Source: Verrucomicrobiota bacterium (GTDB lineage: Bacteria; Verrucomicrobiota; Verrucomicrobiia; Limisphaerales; SIBE01). Taken from it: 64,000 bases of DNA. The translations under genes were made by a program, and so were the position numbers. The stretch covers positions 16,493-80,492 of the forward strand of contig JAIPJX010000003.1 of the NCBI GenBank assembly GCA_021733945.1, read 5' to 3'. This document shows positions 60,604-64,000 of the stretch, piece after piece (the stretch's first letter is position 1; each line of letters begins with the position of its first letter). The notes beneath the pieces were generated by a model that saw nothing but the letters and a program-made list of their open reading frames with translations, was not told where the DNA came from and made no database searches.

Positions 60604-63600
60604 ATGAAACGATATTGCAGAATGGGATTCGCTATCTTTGTCGCAGTGGGTTTGCTGTCGATTGTCGCGGAATTGCGATTTCGAACCCCGGTTGGTCCGA
60701 CTGAGGGTCAAACACTCGGTGGCTCCCGGCATTTCGCTGCTTCGGAAGCATCGGGGGGATTGAGGGTTGGGGACTCGGATCGGGCCCCTCGAGCCAATTC
60801 CGGCGAAATTCAGGTGGGCCGCTCCGATGTGCCGCGTCGGGACGTATTTGATGAATTCTCAGCGTGGATTGCCGATTACCGTGCGGTTGAGGGAACCGAG
60901 GCCGCAGGCAGTTTGATCGTGCGCGGCGAGTTGCTCGCGTCTGCCCGGCGCAACGCGCTGCGGGAGCTGATCGAGTCGGATCCGAAGGAGGCCCTGGCCC
61001 GCGCAGTGCCTGAGATTGTGCGGAGGGGTTTGCCGAGTGCGATCAGGAAGCGTCTTGAGGAGAGGGTCAACGGAAGGGGCGACTTTCGAGTCACGATCAG
61101 CTGCGACTATGGAGAGAAGAAACACATGGAGCGGGTGACTCGGGAGGCTTTGGTGGACGGGCGGCGCTATGCGGCGTTCGTTTATGGCGGGCAGCGGTAC
61201 CGGACGTCGCAAAACGACATCCCAATCGAGGGTATTGCCATTGATGAGGCGCTCGCAATCCGGGAGGACCGTGGATCGATCGCGGCGGTGGCGCAACGCT
61301 CGAACGAAACTGAAGTTCGGGGGCAGACTCCATGGGCGGGCGATGTCGGTGGGGGGGGCGGGAACGACGATCGATTGAGCGCTGCGGACAGCAGTCGCAC
61401 CCAGGGCACCAAGAGCGTGCTGTTTATGCGGGTGGCCTTTCCCGACGAGCTGTCGGAGCCGATCACCGAATCGGCCGCAAACGCGATGATGGATCAGATC
61501 AACCAGATCTTCTTGCAGTACTCTTACGGGACGACAGCCGTCATCAGCGACGTAACGCCGCTGTTGTTGTTGCCGACAACGATGGCGGGTTACAGCACCC
61601 TGTCGGTCGATACGCTGCAGAATGACGCTCGTGCGGCGGCGTTGGCGGCTGGTTACGACACCGACAATTACGACTTCGACATCGTCCGGAGCAAGACGAT
61701 ATCCGGAGCAAACTTCAATTTCACCGGGCGGGCGAACGTGGGCGGCAAGGGGTTGATGATCCAGGATTCGGCTGCGAACGTGGCTTTGTATGTGGCGGTG
61801 CATGAACTGGGGCATAACTACGGGCTCTGGCACGCAAACTCTTGGAGAGCCAGTGGCGACAGCGTCATCGGCCCGGGGAGTGTGCTTGAATACGGAAATA
61901 CCTTTGACACGATGGGATCAAAAAACTTCGATCCCTTGAGTTACCAATTCGGTTCCTGGTCCAAGTGGCACCTCCAGTGGCTGCCTTCCTCATTCGTGCA
62001 AACGATCAGCAGTTCCGGTGTGTATCGGATTTTCGCTTCTGATGTGTCCTATCTGATCGGCGGCCAGAAATATGCCTTCCGTGTGTACAAGGATTATGCA
62101 AGGGAATACTGGGGTGAATATCGCAGCAGGTTGATCAACAATTCCTGGGCCCAAAACGGTATCCTCCTCAACTGGACTCCGTTCAACAACTCGGTTGGAG
62201 ATAGTCTGAACAGTACGGTCCTGCTGGACACCACACCCGGGACACAGGCTGCGAGCGGCGGCAAGGAGGACGCCGCGGTCGTGATTGGTCGCACCTTCTC
62301 GGACGTGTCCGCCGGCATTCATATTACCCCGATCGCAAAGGGCGTATCCGGTTCCGACAAGTGGATCGATGTCCAGGTGAACCTGGGTGCGTTCTCCGGG
62401 AACAACCCGCCGACGCTGGCTCTGAGCTCCGACAGGACAAGTGTCCCGGCCGGCGCTTCCGTAACGTTGACCGCCGCGGCATCGGATGGCGACGGAGACT
62501 CACTCGCTTATGATTGGGACTTTGGCGACCAAACGTTTGGTGCCAATTCATCGACCGCCAGCAAGAGTTGGAGCGCGGCGGGCGAATACGTTGTCCGCTG
62601 CACCGTGAGTGACATGAAGGGGGGTAAGGCCAGCCGGAATCTGGTAGTTACCGTGGGATCTCCGGGGACCTACCGAGTGAGCGGACTGGTGAGTGTGAAT
62701 GGCCACGGTTTGCAGGGCGTGCGAATTCACAACGGCGGGAACGGATCCTCCTATCGCGGCACCTACACCGATGCTTCCGGAAATTTTACCCTGGCGAATC
62801 TCTCGTCGGGGTCCGTCACCTTGTCTGCGGAGAAGTACGGATACAGCCTCTCGGAATCGGGTTTCATAAACGGGTTTTCTGTCGGTCCCGACCGGACGGG
62901 TGCCAATTGGATTGCCACGCAGAAACCGGTTCTGGGCGTTGTGGCGGCCGATGCCTCGGCCGCGGAATCCGGTCCGGAGACGGGCACCTTCACGGTGACG
63001 CGATCCGGGTCCATGTCCGGACCCACCACCCTGCATTTTACTCTTTCCGGAGGCGCAGCCTATTCTGCGGACTATTTGCTGCTTCCGACTCCGGGTGGTG
63101 GTTCGCCCCATCAATTGACGATGGCGGATGGTGTGCCTGCGATGAACGTCGTGCTGACGCCGATCAACGATGGGGTCGCCGAAGGTCCGGAAAAGGTGAC
63201 GTTGACCATCGCCGAAAACCCGGCCTATGCCTTGGGGGCGTTTTCCGAAGCCACCATCACGATTGCGGACGAACAGGCTCCCGGGACGCCCACGGTTTCG
63301 GTTACCGCACTGGATGACGCTGCGGTGGAGTCCGGTTCGGACACGGGTGTCTTCAGGTTTGCAAGGAGCAACGTCGGGAGCGGAGACTTGTTGGTCAACT
63401 ACGCTGTCGGCGGCACTGCGATCAGTGGCGTCGATTACACCCCGCTGATCGGTTCAACGGTCATTCCGGCAGGCGCAACCGAAGTGGAGGTTCCCTTCAC
63501 TGCAATTGATGATGTTTTTGTGGAAGGAAACGAGTCCGTCACGGTCACGGTTTCGGCTGGCACCGGCTACACCCCTGGGTCTCTGTCCACAGCCACAGTC

Positions 63601-64000
63601 ACGATCGTGGACGATGACCCGCCTACGGTCACGATTGCAGCCACGGATGGTACCGCCGCCGAGCCCGGCAGCGCCGGGACATTCACGGTCACGCGCACGG
63701 GCAATCTGGCACCCGACCTCGTGGTGAGCTACACCATGGGTGGCACCGCAGTTTCGGGATTGGATTACACGGCGCTGCCTGGCAGCGTTTCAATCCTTGC
63801 TGGACGGTCCACGGCGAGCTTTTATCTCTCCCCCAGGGACGACAACCTGGTGGAGGGAAATGAAACGGCTGTGGCCGTCCTGAGCAGCAGCCCGATTTAC
63901 AACGTCGGTAATCCCGGCACGGCCTCCATCACCATCAGCGATGATGACGTTCCGAGCATCACTTTGAAAACACTGAGTCCGAGCACGGTCGACGAAGGCT
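60604..64000 (+). CDS. Giant secreted metzincin-like zinc metalloprotease with PKD, carboxypeptidase-regulatory-like and Calx-beta repeats (3' end outside window; absent from the supplied ORF track)
   Basis: My own translation of frame 1 from ATG 60604 (in-frame TGA at 60580) runs to nt 64000 without a stop. N-terminal anchor/signal MKRYCRMGFAIFVAVGLLSIVA. HEXXHXXGXXH motif VAVHELGHNYGLWHA at 61801-61833. PKD module (DGDGDSLAYDWDFGDQ...YVVRCTVSDMKGG). YRVSGLVSVNGHGLQGVRI...GNFTLANL. At least three Calx-beta units from about 62938 (GTFTVTR.G......V.Y..GGTA.SG.DY..L.G...I.AG......V....DD...EGNE.V.V.L), each ending in DDD. Confidence 0.85.
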   Translation, partial: MKRYCRMGFAIFVAVGLLSIVAELRFRTPVGPTEGQTLGGSRHFAASEASGGLRVGDSDRAPRANSGEIQVGRSDVPRRDVFDEFSAWIADYRAVEGTEAAGSLIVRGELLASARRNALRELIESDPKEALARAVPEIVRRGLPSAIRKRLEERVNGRGDFRVTISCDYGEKKHMERVTREALVDGRRYAAFVYGGQRYRTSQNDIPIEGIAIDEALAIREDRGSIAAVAQRSNETEVRGQTPWAGDVGGGGGNDDRLSAADSSRTQGTKSVLFMRVAFPDELSEPITESAANAMMDQINQIFLQYSYGTTAVISDVTPLLLLPTTMAGYSTLSVDTLQNDARAAALAAGYDTDNYDFDIVRSKTISGANFNFTGRANVGGKGLMIQDSAANVALYVAVHELGHNYGLWHANSWRASGDSVIGPGSVLEYGNTFDTMGSKNFDPLSYQFGSWSKWHLQWLPSSFVQTISSSGVYRIFASDVSYLIGGQKYAFRVYKDYAREYWGEYRSRLINNSWAQNGILLNWTPFNNSVGDSLNSTVLLDTTPGTQAASGGKEDAAVVIGRTFSDVSAGIHITPIAKGVSGSDKWIDVQVNLGAFSGNNPPTLALSSDRTSVPAGASVTLTAAASDGDGDSLAYDWDFGDQTFGANSSTASKSWSAAGEYVVRCTVSDMKGGKASRNLVVTVGSPGTYRVSGLVSVNGHGLQGVRIHNGGNGSSYRGTYTDASGNFTLANLSSGSVTLSAEKYGYSLSESGFINGFSVGPDRTGANWIATQKPVLGVVAADASAAESGPETGTFTVTRSGSMSGPTTLHFTLSGGAAYSADYLLLPTPGGGSPHQLTMADGVPAMNVVLTPINDGVAEGPEKVTLTIAENPAYALGAFSEATITIADEQAPGTPTVSVTALDDAAVESGSDTGVFRFARSNVGSGDLLVNYAVGGTAISGVDYTPLIGSTVIPAGATEVEVPFTAIDDVFVEGNESVTVTVSAGTGYTPGSLSTATVTIVDDDPPTVTIAATDGTAAEPGSAGTFTVTRTGNLAPDLVVSYTMGGTAVSGLDYTALPGSVSILAGRSTASFYLSPRDDNLVEGNETAVAVLSSSPIYNVGNPGTASITISDDDVPSITLKTLSPSTVDEG

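Noticed and set aside
60859-61833. 324-aa minus-strand ORF (the only long track ORF in this region)
   Set aside because: Antisense to the untracked plus-strand frame-1 ORF (60604 to the window end), which carries HEXXHXXGXXH, PKD and Calx-beta motifs.
1-64000. Search by eye for CRISPR arrays, IS elements/transposases, integrases, toxin-antitoxin pairs, rRNA/tRNA genes and reverse transcriptases
   Set aside because: No regularly spaced direct repeats, no terminal inverted repeats flanking a transposase-like ORF, and no recognisable catalytic motifs of these families were found. Absence is based on visual inspection only.

Overview
GC-rich, very gene-dense bacterial chromosomal window. No rRNA, tRNA, CRISPR array, transposase or integrase was recognised. 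All family calls come from reading motifs by eye; no search was run and most start codons are approximate.

(1) nt 1-36566 is one co-directional (+) exopolysaccharide (EPS) gene train, with several 4-nt ATGA stop/start overlaps. It encodes:
- a Wzz-type co-polymerase fused to a BY-kinase-like domain, a Wzy_C-like polymerase/ligase and a Wzx flippase;
- three GT4 glycosyltransferases;
- a nucleotide-sugar toolbox: WecB, UDP-glucose dehydrogenase, UDP-HexNAc dehydrogenase, WbpP/TviC-like 4-epimerase, CapD-like dehydratase, RmlD-like reductase, DegT aminotransferase and a nucleotidyltransferase;
- many tailoring enzymes: sulfotransferase, hexapeptide acetyltransferase, two deacetylase-like proteins, an AsnB-like amidotransferase, two adenylate-forming ligases, a free-standing carrier protein and an amidohydrolase.

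(2) nt 36655-49132 is the matching PEP-CTERM/exosortase core: a putative outer-membrane barrel, the exosortase, the PrsT TPR lipoprotein, two FemAB-family proteins, the PrsK sensor kinase, the PrsR sigma54 activator and a convergent Wza-like export lipoprotein.

(3) nt 49299-64000 encodes giant secreted repeat proteins:
- an 18-blade NHL / 5 Ig protein;
- an FN3 plus cadherin-like tandem-module protein;
- a 3'-truncated metzincin/PKD/Calx-beta protein that is missing from the supplied ORF track.
These flank a low-GC islet (about 57005-60603) that holds two monocistronic PEP-CTERM paralogues.

Most interesting observations:
- The two exosortase substrates carry an invariant Cys...Gln motif pair (F-C-[IL]-E and L-Q-x-A-I-W) resembling the internal thioester domains of Gram-positive sortase-anchored adhesins.
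- Each paralogue has its own sigma54-type -24/-12 element, with a shared upstream 9-mer at the same spacing, and its own strong intrinsic terminator.

The VPDGGSTL-type sorting tail and the giant NHL/Ig proteins ending in RFYR[LV] suggest a Verrucomicrobiota-like organism. That is inference only.
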